From positions 34,038,001-34,102,000 of the forward strand of contig OZ024744.1 in NCBI GenBank assembly GCA_964016885.1: a stretch of 64,000 bases of DNA. The letters run 5' to 3'. Source of the stretch: Eledone cirrhosa (lineage: Eukaryota). This document shows, piece by piece, positions 1 to 64,000 of this stretch (its first letter is position 1; each line of letters starts with the position of its first letter). The notes under the pieces are model-generated. The model saw only the letters and a program-made list of their open reading frames with translations. It did no database searches and was not told where the DNA came from. The translations under genes were made by a program, and so were the position numbers.

Positions 1-1218
1 ACCCAGACATTATCCAGATCTCTGATGGCGACTCATGGGTGGATATTGTTTACCTTGACTTTGTTAAAGTTTACAATTCTGTGCCACACAAAAGACTTAT
101 GGCAAAACTCTCTGCAATGTGTGTGAAGGATGATCTTTCTTAACTGGTTGAAGTCCTTCATTCTCAGTCGAAGAGAAGTAGTCACGGTTCTAGGATGGCA
201 TTCCTCTCCATATGAAATGTCATCTGATGTACCACAGGATCTGTTCTTGGCTCCCTTTTGTTTGTGGCATATATTAATGACATGATGCCAACTTAAAGAA
301 TGCCACAGTACTGAAATATGTAGACATCAAGCTGTACCTTGAGATAAAAAGGACAGATCCTGAACACTATACATATTGCCTGCGAGCTGTGGACAAGTGC
401 ACAACCATGCATTTTGGGAGTAAAAACCCAGCATCCACATACTCCCTCCACAACACTAATATCAAGAAGTCTTCTTGTGAATATGACCTGGGCATTACAG
501 TCAGCAGCAATTTCTGTTGGACGAAGCACGTCTCTAAAATTGTCAATAAGGCGGAGGGTGTCTTAGCATCAATTAGCAATACCTTTGTCAGCCGCTCTCC
601 AGCTATCTATTTAAGGCTGTACATAGCTATGGTGCGGCCACACTTACAATTTGCATCACCAGTCTGGAATCCCTATCTTGCTCAGAACATTGACCGCCTG
701 GAAACTGTTCAGAGACGTGCAACCAAGCTAATACCCTCCATCGAGCATCTACCATACTCTGAATGCCTTGCTTCCCTGGGCATGGATACATTGAAGCTCC
801 GACGTCTTGCAACTGACTTGGTAAACACCCACAAAATTATTAACCATCTTGCCAACAACAACCCTGAGTACCTTTTTGATTTCCATGTGTCTAACACACG
901 TGGGCATGCCCCACAAAGTCAGAAAACAGCACAGCTCCCATGACTTTCACAAACATTTTATCACGCTCAGAGTTGCTGAAGCATGGAACAAACTGCCTGC
1001 ACCAGTTGTTAGCTGTCGAGACACTGCATCCTTTAAAACGTCCATGCTTCCTGAGATTCGCCAACACTACACCTAATATTCCCCCTCCATACACATGCAC
1101 ACATGTATATCATGACTCATACACTATTCACTTCCCTGACATTTGTATATTATTCTATGTACTATAAATGCACCTTTGAAGAGTTGTAGTGCACCTGATC
1201 ACTGTACACAATAATTTC

Positions 1219-1220
<2 letters not shown>
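1..1220 (+). mobile_element. CR1/L2-group LINE 3' fragment (degraded RT, C-terminus, 3' UTR)
   Basis: Degenerate PQGSVLG motif; ORF 389-943 with LYIAMVRPHLQFASPVWNPY and LETVQRRATK; downstream RVAEAWNKLP, typical of CR1 ORF2 ends. Confidence 0.85.
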
Positions 1221-1247
<27 letters not shown>

Positions 1248-1251
<4 letters not shown>

Positions 1252-3930
1252 TCATCATCATCATCATCATCAGCGTTTTACGTCCGTTCTTCCACGCTAG
1301 CATGGGTTAGACGGGTTGTCCTGTTGTGGGCAGTGTCTGGTCGGCTGACCATGCCTTGCTCATACAGGAACTGATCTGGCTTGATTTCTACAGCTGGATG
1401 CCCTTCCTAACACCAACCTCATTTACAGTGAGTGCTGGGTGCTTTTTCGTGGCGCCTACACGTCCACTTTACAGTGTGGGCTGGGTGCTTTTTTGCCGTG
1501 GCACCTCCACGACCACCTTGCGGGGGGGGGGGGGGGGGGGCATATTGTTTATATGCTTCAGCATGTACCCATGGGAGGTCGGGTACCCTGTATTACTGCG
1601 TGACGCCAGAAGTCACGGTCGTGTGTCATTGACTTTGAGAGGTGTAGTTGGGTAAGGTCGGCTTTTATCACCTCATCCCAAGTCATCTTGGGTCTCCCCA
1701 CTCCGCGGTTTCCATCAACTTCTAGTGCTCTGCACCTTTTTATGCAGCTGTCATCCTTCATACGCATCACATGTCCATACCAGCGTAACCGCCTCTCCTG
1801 CACGCAGCATTTGATTCCTCTTATGCTCAGTCTCTCTCTCAATTCATTTATGCTTTGTCGTTCACGTATATTACTGTTACACATCCATCGGAGCATGCAG
1901 GCTTCGTTTCTCTCTAATCTACGTAAGTCTTCCACCTTCAGCGCCTAGGTCTCACTACCATGCAACATCGCTGTTCGGATACACGCATCATACAGTCTGC
2001 CTTTCATTCTGAGGGAGAAGCCTTTTGCAGCTAGCAGTGGTAGTAGTTCCCTAAACTTCTTCCATCCCGTTCTTACCCTAGTTATTGTACTTTCTGAGCA
2101 CCCACCTCCGTTGCTAATTCGGTCACCTAGGTAGCAGAAGCTGTCTACTGTTTCTACAGGGCCCTCCCAGAGATTGGTGGTACTTGTTTCCTGTGGCTGT
2201 TTGCTTGCTGTTTCAGCACAGCTGCTGCATGTGAATCCTACATTCTTAATTAAGCTTCCTGAGATCCCGCTACATCTCTTGTGTACCCATTGTTTGCATT
2301 TGGGGCAAAGAATGGAGTTCCTACCTACACCTTTCCTACATACTGAGCAAGGCCATTTCCCTGAGGGGATCTGGGTTCTGTTTTCTCGTCTACTTATAAG
2401 GACCTTAGTCTTTGTCATGTTGACTTTGAGGCCCTTTCTCTCTAGTCCCTGCTTCCAGGTTTGGAATTTATTCTCTAGTTCTACCATAGATTCAGCTATG
2501 AGTGCGAGGTCATCAGCATACAGGAGTTCCCATGGGCATCCGGTCTTAAACTCCTCCGTTATTGCCTGCAGGACTATGATGAACAGGAGAGGGCTAAGAA
2601 CAGAGCCCTGGTGGACCCCAACCTGTACGCTAAATTCCTCGCTATACTCATTGCCAATCCTAACTTTGCTGACTGCTCCCCTATACATGGCTTGTACCGC
2701 TTTCACAAGCCATTCATCTACTCCTAGTTTTCTAAGAGCCCACCAGATTACTGCACGTGGAACTCTGTCAAAGGCTTTCTCAAGGTCGACAAATGCCAAG
2801 TAGAGTGGCTTACTTTTAGCTAGGTACTTTTCCTGTAATTGCCTCACAAGGAAGAGCGCATCAGTGGTGCCTTTCCCTGGTACAAACCCAAATTGCATCT
2901 CGTCTATATTCACCCGGTCCCTAATCAGCTGTGCTATAACTCTTTCTGTTACTTTCATGACCTGGTCCATCAACTTTATACCTCTATAGTTTCCTCTATC
3001 TAGTGCATCGCCTTTACCTTTGTAGCAGTTGACAATGATGCTACTGCACCAATCTTTTGGTATGGCCCCCTCTAGTATTACCTGGTTAACGATACGTGTG
3101 GTTATAGTGTGACCTACAGACCCAGATGCCTTCAGCATCTCGGCAGCTATACCCGATGGACCGGTTGCCTTCCCTATCTTCATATCTCTGATTGCCTTAC
3201 TTACTACGCTGCCGCTGACTTGTACTGCTGGTCCCTCTATAGGGTCTACGTGGGGTAGGGTCTCTTCTTCCCATGCATTCTCCTCATTTAGTAATCTATC
3301 ATAATGACTCTTCCATGCATCTTTCTTCTCAGCACTTGTGAGGGCAAGCTCACCTTTATCATTCCGGATACACTTCTCTCCAATGACATCACAACTATCT
3401 CTGACACACTGCCTCGCAATCTTGAATACCTCCTGTTTCTGGTCCTCACGTTGTAAAACATGCTTGAATTTTCTATCCTCTGCTTCCCTCCTAGCTAAGT
3501 ATACTTGTCGCCTAGCTTCCCTCTTGGTCTCTATGTAATGTACCCTGCTCCCCCCGTTCTTCCATTCTTTCCATGCCTGTCTCTTGGCCTTGACTGCTTC
3601 ATCTACCTTATTGTTCCACCACCAAGTCACTCTCCTCCTGCTTGAGGTCTTACTCCAGCCACAAACCTCATCCGTCGCCTCTAGTAAGTTATTTTTTAGG
3701 AACTCCCAGTTCTCTTCTACGTTAAATGTCTCTATCTGTTCTTCTTTACTGTCGTAGGCGTTGAGTAAAATATCTTTAAATCTGTTACTGGTTGAGGGGA
3801 CTTTCAGCTTCCAGATCTTTCTTCTCCAGGTTGGCCTCTGTTTCAGGGCTCGTCTAGTTCTGACCGTGAGGTCGCTGACAAATAAGCTATGTTGGGATGT
3901 ACATTCCTCACTAGGGAAGGCTTTTGTGTT
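1248..3930 (-). mobile_element. RTE-clade LINE, family A, 5'-truncated (RT with PHD insertion; (ATG)n tail)
   Basis: ORF 1945-3630 with NYRGIKL, QFGF, DLEKAFD, GVHQGSVLSPLLF, YADD; C-terminus RRLRWYGHVMRM/GRPKMTW after a premature stop; (CAT)n at 1248-1272. Confidence 0.95.
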
Positions 3931-4496
3931 TATATATATATATATATATATATAATTTCATTCTCTTTCTCCATAAAATAATTTGTAAGGTAAAAATATA
4001 TTAGTTTCTGATTTAGGACCAGGCTTACAATTTAGGGAAAGTCAATTAAATCTACCCCAGTACATTACTGGTATTTTATTTATCGAACCCATAAGGATAA
4101 AAAGTATAGAAAAGGTAGGAAGGGGAAGGTACAAATAAAATAAAAACAATAATATGCTGCTCAAAAGTTACCAGGGGCATGTGAGGGAATTTCTTTAGGG
4201 ATATTACCACAATGAGGACACAAGCTCTAAAATAGGGGAGTAGATCCTTACTTCCTGCTCCATAATTACAGTAAGTGCGATTGTGAATGACCTTGAAGTA
4301 TATGTTTGGCTAACAGGGGAAAAGGGAGGTAAATCTTCCTATCTTGAAGAAGAAATAAAATTCAACTTTCTATGGTGTGTTGAGTACTACAGTCTGACAC
4401 GATAAGGTTAAAAGAAAAATACTAATTCTCATTTTACCTACAACATCCCATACGTGTGTATATGACAGGTAGAAAGTGTTTGTATATGCATAAACA

Positions 4497-4527
<31 letters not shown>

Positions 4528-4662
4528 TTATATTAATATAAATATGTACACACATGACACACACACATATATATATATATATGTGTATAAGTGTGTGTGT
4601 GTGGTGTATGTGTGTGTGTGTGCACACTAACACCAACCACCATTACTTATTTCATGACTTAC

Positions 4663-55131
<50,469 letters not shown>

Positions 55132-55286
55132 CTAGAATATATAAACAACATCATAGTAAACCTACATGTATATATACAAATAACATTACAAATGCAGGAA
55201 ACAGTTATTGGATTCATTATCTCTGATATATATACATATATACATCAGGTCCGAACAGAAAAGGACCAAACTCCTGCTGTTCAGCC

Positions 55287-55337
<51 letters not shown>

Positions 55338-55996
55338 GTTATGTAATAAACAACATAAGATTATTATTTCATTTACCAAGTTTTCTAGAAGACAGACGAG
55401 CCTGACACAAACGTCAGACTTCGGTCGTCAGAATGAAATTTTATTTAAAAGCTCTGTAGCCTACATAGAGCACTCTCTTTTCCTTTACCTTTCCTACGGA
55501 AACACTTTATATATATATACATATATATATTTATATTTTTGAAAATATTCTAGACGCTGACGGATTTGCTACCTTTAGTACCAAATTTCTATAATCATGA
55601 CGACCATCGTTATAACTAAAATCTATTCTTATATACACACGTACACAGAGGACACACAGAGAAACTCACACTCACACACGCACACAGAACCTAACACACA
55701 CACACTCAAAAAGGCACCATCTGACAAACACACCCAAACAGATAAACGATAAAGTTATATACAACCCCATATACCTATATGTATACATCAACATACACAT
55801 AACACCAACATCACTTCACTTATATATGTACACACTATTTTATACATCAGCTCCACCATACACATTACATAAACTTCCTTGTATACAAATATACAATTTA
55901 ATGTCGATTTGATGTTAATGTTGAAACACGTGTAATAGTTTTCTGTACAGACTAACTTTCGATATACCATTTGTTGGTATATCGAAAGTTAGTCTT

Positions 55997-57610
<1,614 letters not shown>

Positions 57611-57813
57611 TATATAAATATATATATTCACACACATATATATATATAGATATATATTTAAACGTATGTTATTACTCTGAGGTCCTATCTTATCGAGTGC
57701 TTTGCTAACTCATCATTTCATATAAGTATGCCGAATTCACTTCCATGATATCCGGATTACATTGAGTTCTTCATACGGATTGGACACTACCGTAAACTCT
57801 TGGTAGATTCATC

Positions 57814-57849
<36 letters not shown>

Positions 57850-57856
<7 letters not shown>

Positions 57857-58165
57857 AGATCAAAAGATGGTTAAAGGAGTTCCATGTATTTTATTATGCG
57901 CATTTCAAAAAACAAACATCATCATGCAATAATATTTGTGTTTTCATCAGATAAAACAGGAGAACATGATATGAAGGCTAAAAAACACTTGTGGATAGTG
58001 CAGTTTTAAATCAACACTATCCACAAGTGTTTTTTAGCCTTCATATCATGTTCTCCTGTTTTATCTGATGAAAACACAAATATTATTGCATGATGATGTT
58101 TGTTTTTTGAAATGCGCATAATAAAATACATGGAACTCCTTTAACCATCTTTTGATCTTATATTA
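57850..58165. repeat. ~150-bp-arm palindrome with 14-nt spacer, each arm carrying a hammerhead motif
   Basis: Arms are reverse complements by eye around cagttttaaatcaa; TTTAT-CTGATGA...GAAA-TGCGCA-TA-ATAAA at 58059-58126(+) and 57889-57956(-). Confidence 0.85.
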
Positions 58166-58252
58166 TGTATACTCCAGTCCTACAGACTATAGAGTGCTTC
58201 TTATCCGATATCTGCATTGCTTTATTGTACTACAATAAAACTCACCTCCTAC

Positions 58253-58333
<81 letters not shown>

Positions 58334-58370
58334 TATATACATACATATATATATATACATATACATATAC

Positions 58371-58417
<47 letters not shown>

Positions 58418-58734
58418 GCTTTTAAAGAATCCCCCTTTTCTTTAATTCTATCGACCATGACTGACCCCCCACTGATTTTATAGACATCTGTTAGCTTAAG
58501 AGAAACTTATTGACAAGGAATGGTATGCCATCCGGAACCTGTTTATAGAATTCTGTCTGCCTTTGTTACTCTAAAAACATAAATAAATATAAATAAAAAT
58601 AAACTATAGCTTTGTAGAATTAGCTTTTAATGAATTCCCTTTTCTATCAACCAATGACCTGCACCCATCCCACTCCCCACCCTCTCCTACCACTTGTAGA
58701 GACCTATAAATACCATATTTATTTTTTGATACCC

Positions 58735-58785
58735 AGATTCCTGATGATTTCTAATGAATGAAACAGTTCTAGTCCTGTAGAATCT
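58735..58785 (+). ncRNA. Type I hammerhead ribozyme
   Basis: AGATTC-CTGATGA-TTTC TAAT GAAT-GAAA-CAG TTCTAGTC CTG-TA-GAATCT: perfect 6-bp stem I, 4-bp stem III, GUA triplet. Confidence 0.8.
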
Positions 58786-58797
58786 CTTCTATATTAA

Positions 58798-58900
<103 letters not shown>

Positions 58901-59203
58901 TATATACATATATATATATATACATATAGATTTTGGTTGTATACCAACACCTCAGTATGCAGGCTGGAGCACTCGACGAAGTGTGCATGTTGGTTTGGTT
59001 ACTCCGGAGTAGTGTAAAATAAAGTTAAATAAAAGTCAAATGATTAAAATTTAGCTTCGTTTATTACTGCTATATATATTTCAGTGACAGCCATCTTTGG
59101 CTGTGACCTCTTCGGGCAGTTTGAATTAGTATGGTATAGACAAGTACATATGTTGTTTAGGTGTATAATATTGTCAATACTCTGATATGCCCAGTTCCTT
59201 GTT

Positions 59204-60520
59204 GGGTTGTTAATTCACTGAGGAACTGGAGACATATATGACTCCAGTTCCTCAGTGAATTAACAACCAATCTCTCGGTCCAATCTTTCAGCTTATATCT
59301 GGAGTCTAAAAGACAACCACACCCAATATAAGTTACACTGGGAGATCCTAGCTAGGGCTAGATCGTATAACGGAAATAAAAGACCATGTGACCTCTGCGC
59401 CGCTGAGGCCCTGGAAATACTCTACGCTACAGACCTCATCTTAAACAAAAAATCTGAGGCAATTTCGGCTTGTAAACAAATTGCACAAAACTTTCCTGTA
59501 TTACAGCCCCACGTTATACCCTAACGGATAGCACGATCTATACGTGGATATTTTACGTCTTGATGTGGGAGCTAAGTATATGTTTTGTTTATTCCTTTAC
59601 TTATTTGCATAGGTAAGTATATATTACCCGTATGTTTTGTGAAGGTATGTATACCTTCTCGTACGTATATTTGACTGTTATAGCGTATAATTTTTACATA
59701 TTTTGGTATTTAGGGTTTGGATATGTGTATACGGGAGTTTTGCGTCCGCGTGAGTGTGCAGGTTCGTACGTATGGTGGGTGTGTGTATATGTGTACTTCT
59801 TGTTTTAGTTGACTTACGTCTCCGAACATTCGTGTATTTATATGTAGGTATGCGTGTGCGCTTGTTATATACGTATTTATTTACTTATATACGCTTATAT
59901 AATTATTTATTTATTCGTACACAAGCATACACACACACACATATTTATATGTGCGTGGTTTTGTATACCCATGGTAAGGTTTTGGTATGCTTGTGTATGT
60001 ACGTATCTGTTCGCGTGTATGTATTTATTTGTTTCTATTACTTCTGTATTGTATTTATTTACTTTGTTCTTAACTCTGTAGCGGAGATTCATTTGGTCTC
60101 CTAGTTAGAATTTTAGTCTACGATTTCTGCTATACCATTTACGTGGTTTTGTCTTTGCGTGCTATTGTTCTCCACGCTCCACATATGACTTATTATCTTC
60201 GTTTTTTTCGTTCATTGCCAGAGAACGTCTCTATGCACCACCTAAGAGAACATTAGTCTACGACCTCTTTTATACCATAAACGTGGTTTTGTCTTTGCGC
60301 GTAATTGTTTTTCACCGCTCCTATTAATGACGTATTATTCGTTTTTTCCCGTTCTTTGCCAGCGAACGTTTCCACGAACCAAAGTATCGTCTTCCTGTCT
60401 TCCTCCGGTTGCAACGTTTTTTGAAATATCCAGTTCTGCGTTTACAGATTGACTTTGTTAGTTTCAGAAGATCCCGTTAAGGGTGAAAGCAGCGATTCTT
60501 TGCTTAAACTTTAATCTGTT
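59204..60520 (+). mobile_element. Penelope-like 3' relic (GIY-YIG C-terminus, 3' UTR, degenerate hammerhead)
   Basis: 59330-59480 translates to WEILARARSYNGNKRPCDLCAAEALEIL...LNKKSEAISAC, matching the C-termini of the two YRDD Penelope ORFs; hairpin at 59204-59268; hammerhead relic at 60460-60510. Confidence 0.75.
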
Positions 60521-60526
60521 ATTTTA

Positions 60527-60628
<102 letters not shown>

Positions 60629-60970
60629 TTGTATATGTATATATGTATATGTATATATATATATATGTATAATTGGAAATCAGTAAAATCGAATCTCTGG
60701 CGGTTTGCAAGTGAATTCGGCCTACTTATATGAAATGATGAGTTAGCAAAGCACTCGATAAGATAGGACCTTAGAGTAATAACATACGTTTAAATAGCTT
60801 GACAAATCGAACATTGTGGCAGGCTAAATTGACACACAATATATACCAGAGCAACGATAGAACTAATCAGGTTGACAAAAAGTACACCTGGACAAGTTAG
60901 ACGAATAGTCGTTCAAAGTGTTTCTTTGAATCCTAAATCAAATATCAGACTTACTTGAAAGGCAAATATA

Positions 60971-61141
<171 letters not shown>

Positions 61142-63926
61142 CTAGCAGTTTAGCCCGGCTTTGCTCGGGTTTGTTCATTTGCTATGAAAAGTTACATACA
61201 GGTAAGCTTATCAATTAAGTGCATAAAGCAGTTGAACCGGTTATTAAAAGTTACGAACCAATTAGCATTTTGGTCAATCAATGATGGGTTAATAATCTTC
61301 CAATAGCGAATTTAGTAGAACAAATTTGCAAGATGGTGGCCCTGATGCCGCTGGGTGTCAGATCTGTCCGCCATGGGATACCCTACCAGGAAATAGTGTT
61401 CCAGACGGCATAGCTCCAACACCTGCACCAACATCTATAGCACCTCTTGGTAGACGATATTGCGTGTCATCCCTTGAGGAGAGTAAGAAAAAAGTCCATT
61501 CCTGATCCCTGCGCGGGAACAGGCAAAATAAAGTTGGCCATGGGAGAAGCATGGCTCCTCCAAATGGATGCCCGCCACCTACAATGTTTTCCCTTGTGAC
61601 TTGTTAATGGACATGGCAAAAAATGGTCTCACCGGGAATTGGGATCGCCGGAAATCGAACGGGATATCTGACGCCGAGGGGAAAAGGTTCATCCTTGGAA
61701 TGAAAACATTCTCCCCTCTTCCGCACCCCGTTACAATGGTGGCCTCAATCAAGTGGGTGTCAGTGACTTGACGACCATGCGAGTACCGTTGCACTGCTTT
61801 GGTGGACGCAAGTTCCTTATTAGCATAATGGGACAGCCAACCCTAAGCTTAATAATGTGAGGTGGGAGCCCTGTGGCCTCAAGGAGATTTAATAACTCAA
61901 CCGGATAATTAACGATATCGTCGGGGTCTGATTTGAAGATGTGCTCTTTACCGGGAATCTTCTCAATCTGCTGCTCGTTAATAAAATTAACCATGGTATT
62001 TTTCGGAGCAAGGATGGCTCTTTCGCTGAGCCAATCGAGGTTTTTAAAGTTAGATGAGACATTAGGAAAAACTGCTTCCCAAAGGTCAGAAGGGCTGCTC
62101 ACAATGTTGCACAGCGTGTCGATTGCTATGCCGCCCTTGTCATCCGCAGGGATCTTGCCCTCACCAAGTGCTAAAATGTTCTGTGCTGCAGACATGTTGT
62201 CACCATGCAAATGAGCACGCATATTTGTGCTCAGGTACAAACTATTCACCTGGAGCCACAGCATGGACGACTTAAGACAGGCACGCACTTCATCAGCTCT
62301 TGTCCATTTGGGGATGACAGGCAGCGTTTTCCGAAAATACCCTGATAGCAGAAGGGTTACGCCACCCATAGGAGCCGTAGAATCCCTAATGTCTTTCCGG
62401 GTCCTGTCCAATGCCTCAAGTGCACCCTTGTGTGCCATTGTGCACTCATCCCAAACAATGAGGCAACATCTTTTGAGAACCAGAGCTTTGTGTGAACTCT
62501 TGCTGATATTGCATGTTGGTGTCTCAGTTTTTACTAAATACAAAGGGAGTTTAAAGGTTGAATGTGCTGTCCTGCCTCCCGGCAGCAAAGTAGCAGCGAT
62601 CCCGGACGATGCAACGGCCAACGCAACTTTTTTCTCCTGACGAATCTTAGCGAGAATCAAATTCGTTACAAAGGTTTTTCCGGTACCCCAGGAACGTTTT
62701 TTATTGGGGGGATCAGGGTTTTTTTTTTTTTACCTTGAGGTATAACCAGTCAGTAGTTCCTTCAAAGGCTCTGGCGGTTCCGGAAGAGGGGGAAAGGTGA
62801 CGTTACCGTTTAAGCAGCACATTGCAGGTGGCTCCCCAGCCCACTTTGTAGCATTGCAGAATTGGCAATTGAAGCGCATCTCGCCTATATTTATGTCAGA
62901 GTGCATCGAGTAATTAACGTTTTGCTCATACTTGAAAGCCCGTAGGTGCCAGTAAGGGCTGTTGGGGCTCGTCACACCGCGTGCAGCTTCTCGCCGTCGA
63001 CTGTTACGCTTGAACGTAGAACATTGGTCGTGTGGTTGGTGGGAAGGTCTGGCAGCAATAGCAGAAGCAACATTTGCAATGCTAATGGACCGCCCGTCTG
63101 CAACTTCAGAAGCCATGGAAGTAGTCATAGCCGCAGCGTTCGTAGGAAGGCGAGCCGTCCGTTGTTTTAAACGTTCCAAAGACCTGGAAGCAGCATTAGT
63201 CGCATCGTTTCTAGCCAGGCGCTTCGACCTTTGTTCCCGGCTCTCTGAAGCCCTGGAAGAAGCCTGGTATGAAGCCATTTTGGCTAGGCGTGCGGTGCGC
63301 TGTTGGAAACTTTCAGCGGCTCGACATTCTGCTGAACGTAAGGCTGTCTGTGAAAGTCTTGAAGCATTTTCCTCAGAGGACTCGTTTGCTATAGTAGCCT
63401 TTTGCGTCACTGCTGACGCGGTATGTCGACTGAGGCGACTTCTCTTTTTAGGTGACATTTTATGTCCAAAAGAAAGGGTGAAAGTTACTTCTACAGAAAA
63501 ATTGACTTTGAAAGTCTACTGTCTGTTTATGAATATTGTTATTGTTGTTGTGATACAAATGTTAGTAAGTAAATGGGTATCGAAAAATAAATTGTGAAAG
63601 TTACTTCAACATAAAAATTGACTTTGAAAGTATAAGGCTGATAATTGAATGTAAAAAGATTGATAAGAAAGGCCCCCCCCAAAAAAATTTACAGGTATTT
63701 GTATGTATGTGTGTATTTTTATGTCGAAAAGAAAGGGTTAAAGTTACTTCTACATAAAAATTTAGTTTGAAAGTGTAAGGCCGATGTGTGTGTAAATTAA
63801 GTGACAGGTATTTGTATGTATGTGTGTATATGTATGTATTTGTGTATATGTATTTATGTATGTATGTATGTATGTATGTATGTATGTATGTATGTATGTA
63901 TGTATGTATGTATGTATGTATGTGTG

Positions 63927-63958
<32 letters not shown>

Positions 63959-64000
63959 TTAAAGGTTGAAAGTTACTTCAACATAAAAATTGACTTTGAA
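61142..64000 (-). mobile_element. Helitron, internally deleted (PIF1 helicase and N-terminal Zn-finger region; Rep domain missing)
   Basis: GTGKTF, ASSGIAATLLPGGRTAHS, IVWDE, LSTNMR, QFPVRPFFAMSINKSQGKTL motifs; ORF 62730-63458 with ESxxQRxARL repeats and CQFC...MCCLNG; 3' terminus CCCGAGCAAAGCCGGG hairpin followed by CTAG|T at 61142. Confidence 0.92.
63478..64000. repeat. Four ~33-bp repeats (aaagttacttcaacataaaaattgactttgaaag) plus a (TATG)n microsatellite
   Basis: Copies near 63481, 63597, 63740 and 63969, upstream of the Helitron ORF. Confidence 0.75.

Noticed and set aside
2174-2803. Antisense ORFs over LINE, Penelope and Helitron coding regions (also 62962-63597)
   Set aside because: Shadow frames of the true coding strand with no recognisable motifs.
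55949-55996. 20-bp-arm hairpin as a terminator or miRNA
   Set aside because: Lies at an insertion junction, is most simply a fold-back repair product, and has no supporting features.
58240-58256. Possible 3-nt micro-exon (tgtAG GAG GTgag) upstream of the array
   Set aside because: Single occurrence in a transposon nest, no polypyrimidine tract, expected by chance.

Overview
AT-rich, microsatellite-laden animal genomic DNA. The SINE, RTE and Penelope complement resembles an octopod cephalopod (inference). Most long ORFs belong to decayed mobile elements: RTE-clade LINEs carrying a PHD finger inside the RT, CR1-like LINE fragments, several Penelope-like elements (RT plus GIY-YIG), tRNA-derived SINEs and an internally deleted Helitron. 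The ORF track misses a probable minus-strand host gene. It is built from 28 tandemly duplicated 60-nt phase 1-1 exons (4.7-55.1 kb), each encoding a 20-aa unit such as GDHITVSPRIASMEPKSTEK, interspersed with recurring 66-nt and 61-nt exon-like modules. The mobile elements sit in its introns. The window also contains over a dozen type I hammerhead-ribozyme motifs in Penelope repeats and in ORF-less, retrozyme-like inserts in (TA)n tracts. All coordinates and folds were derived by eye and need computational confirmation.
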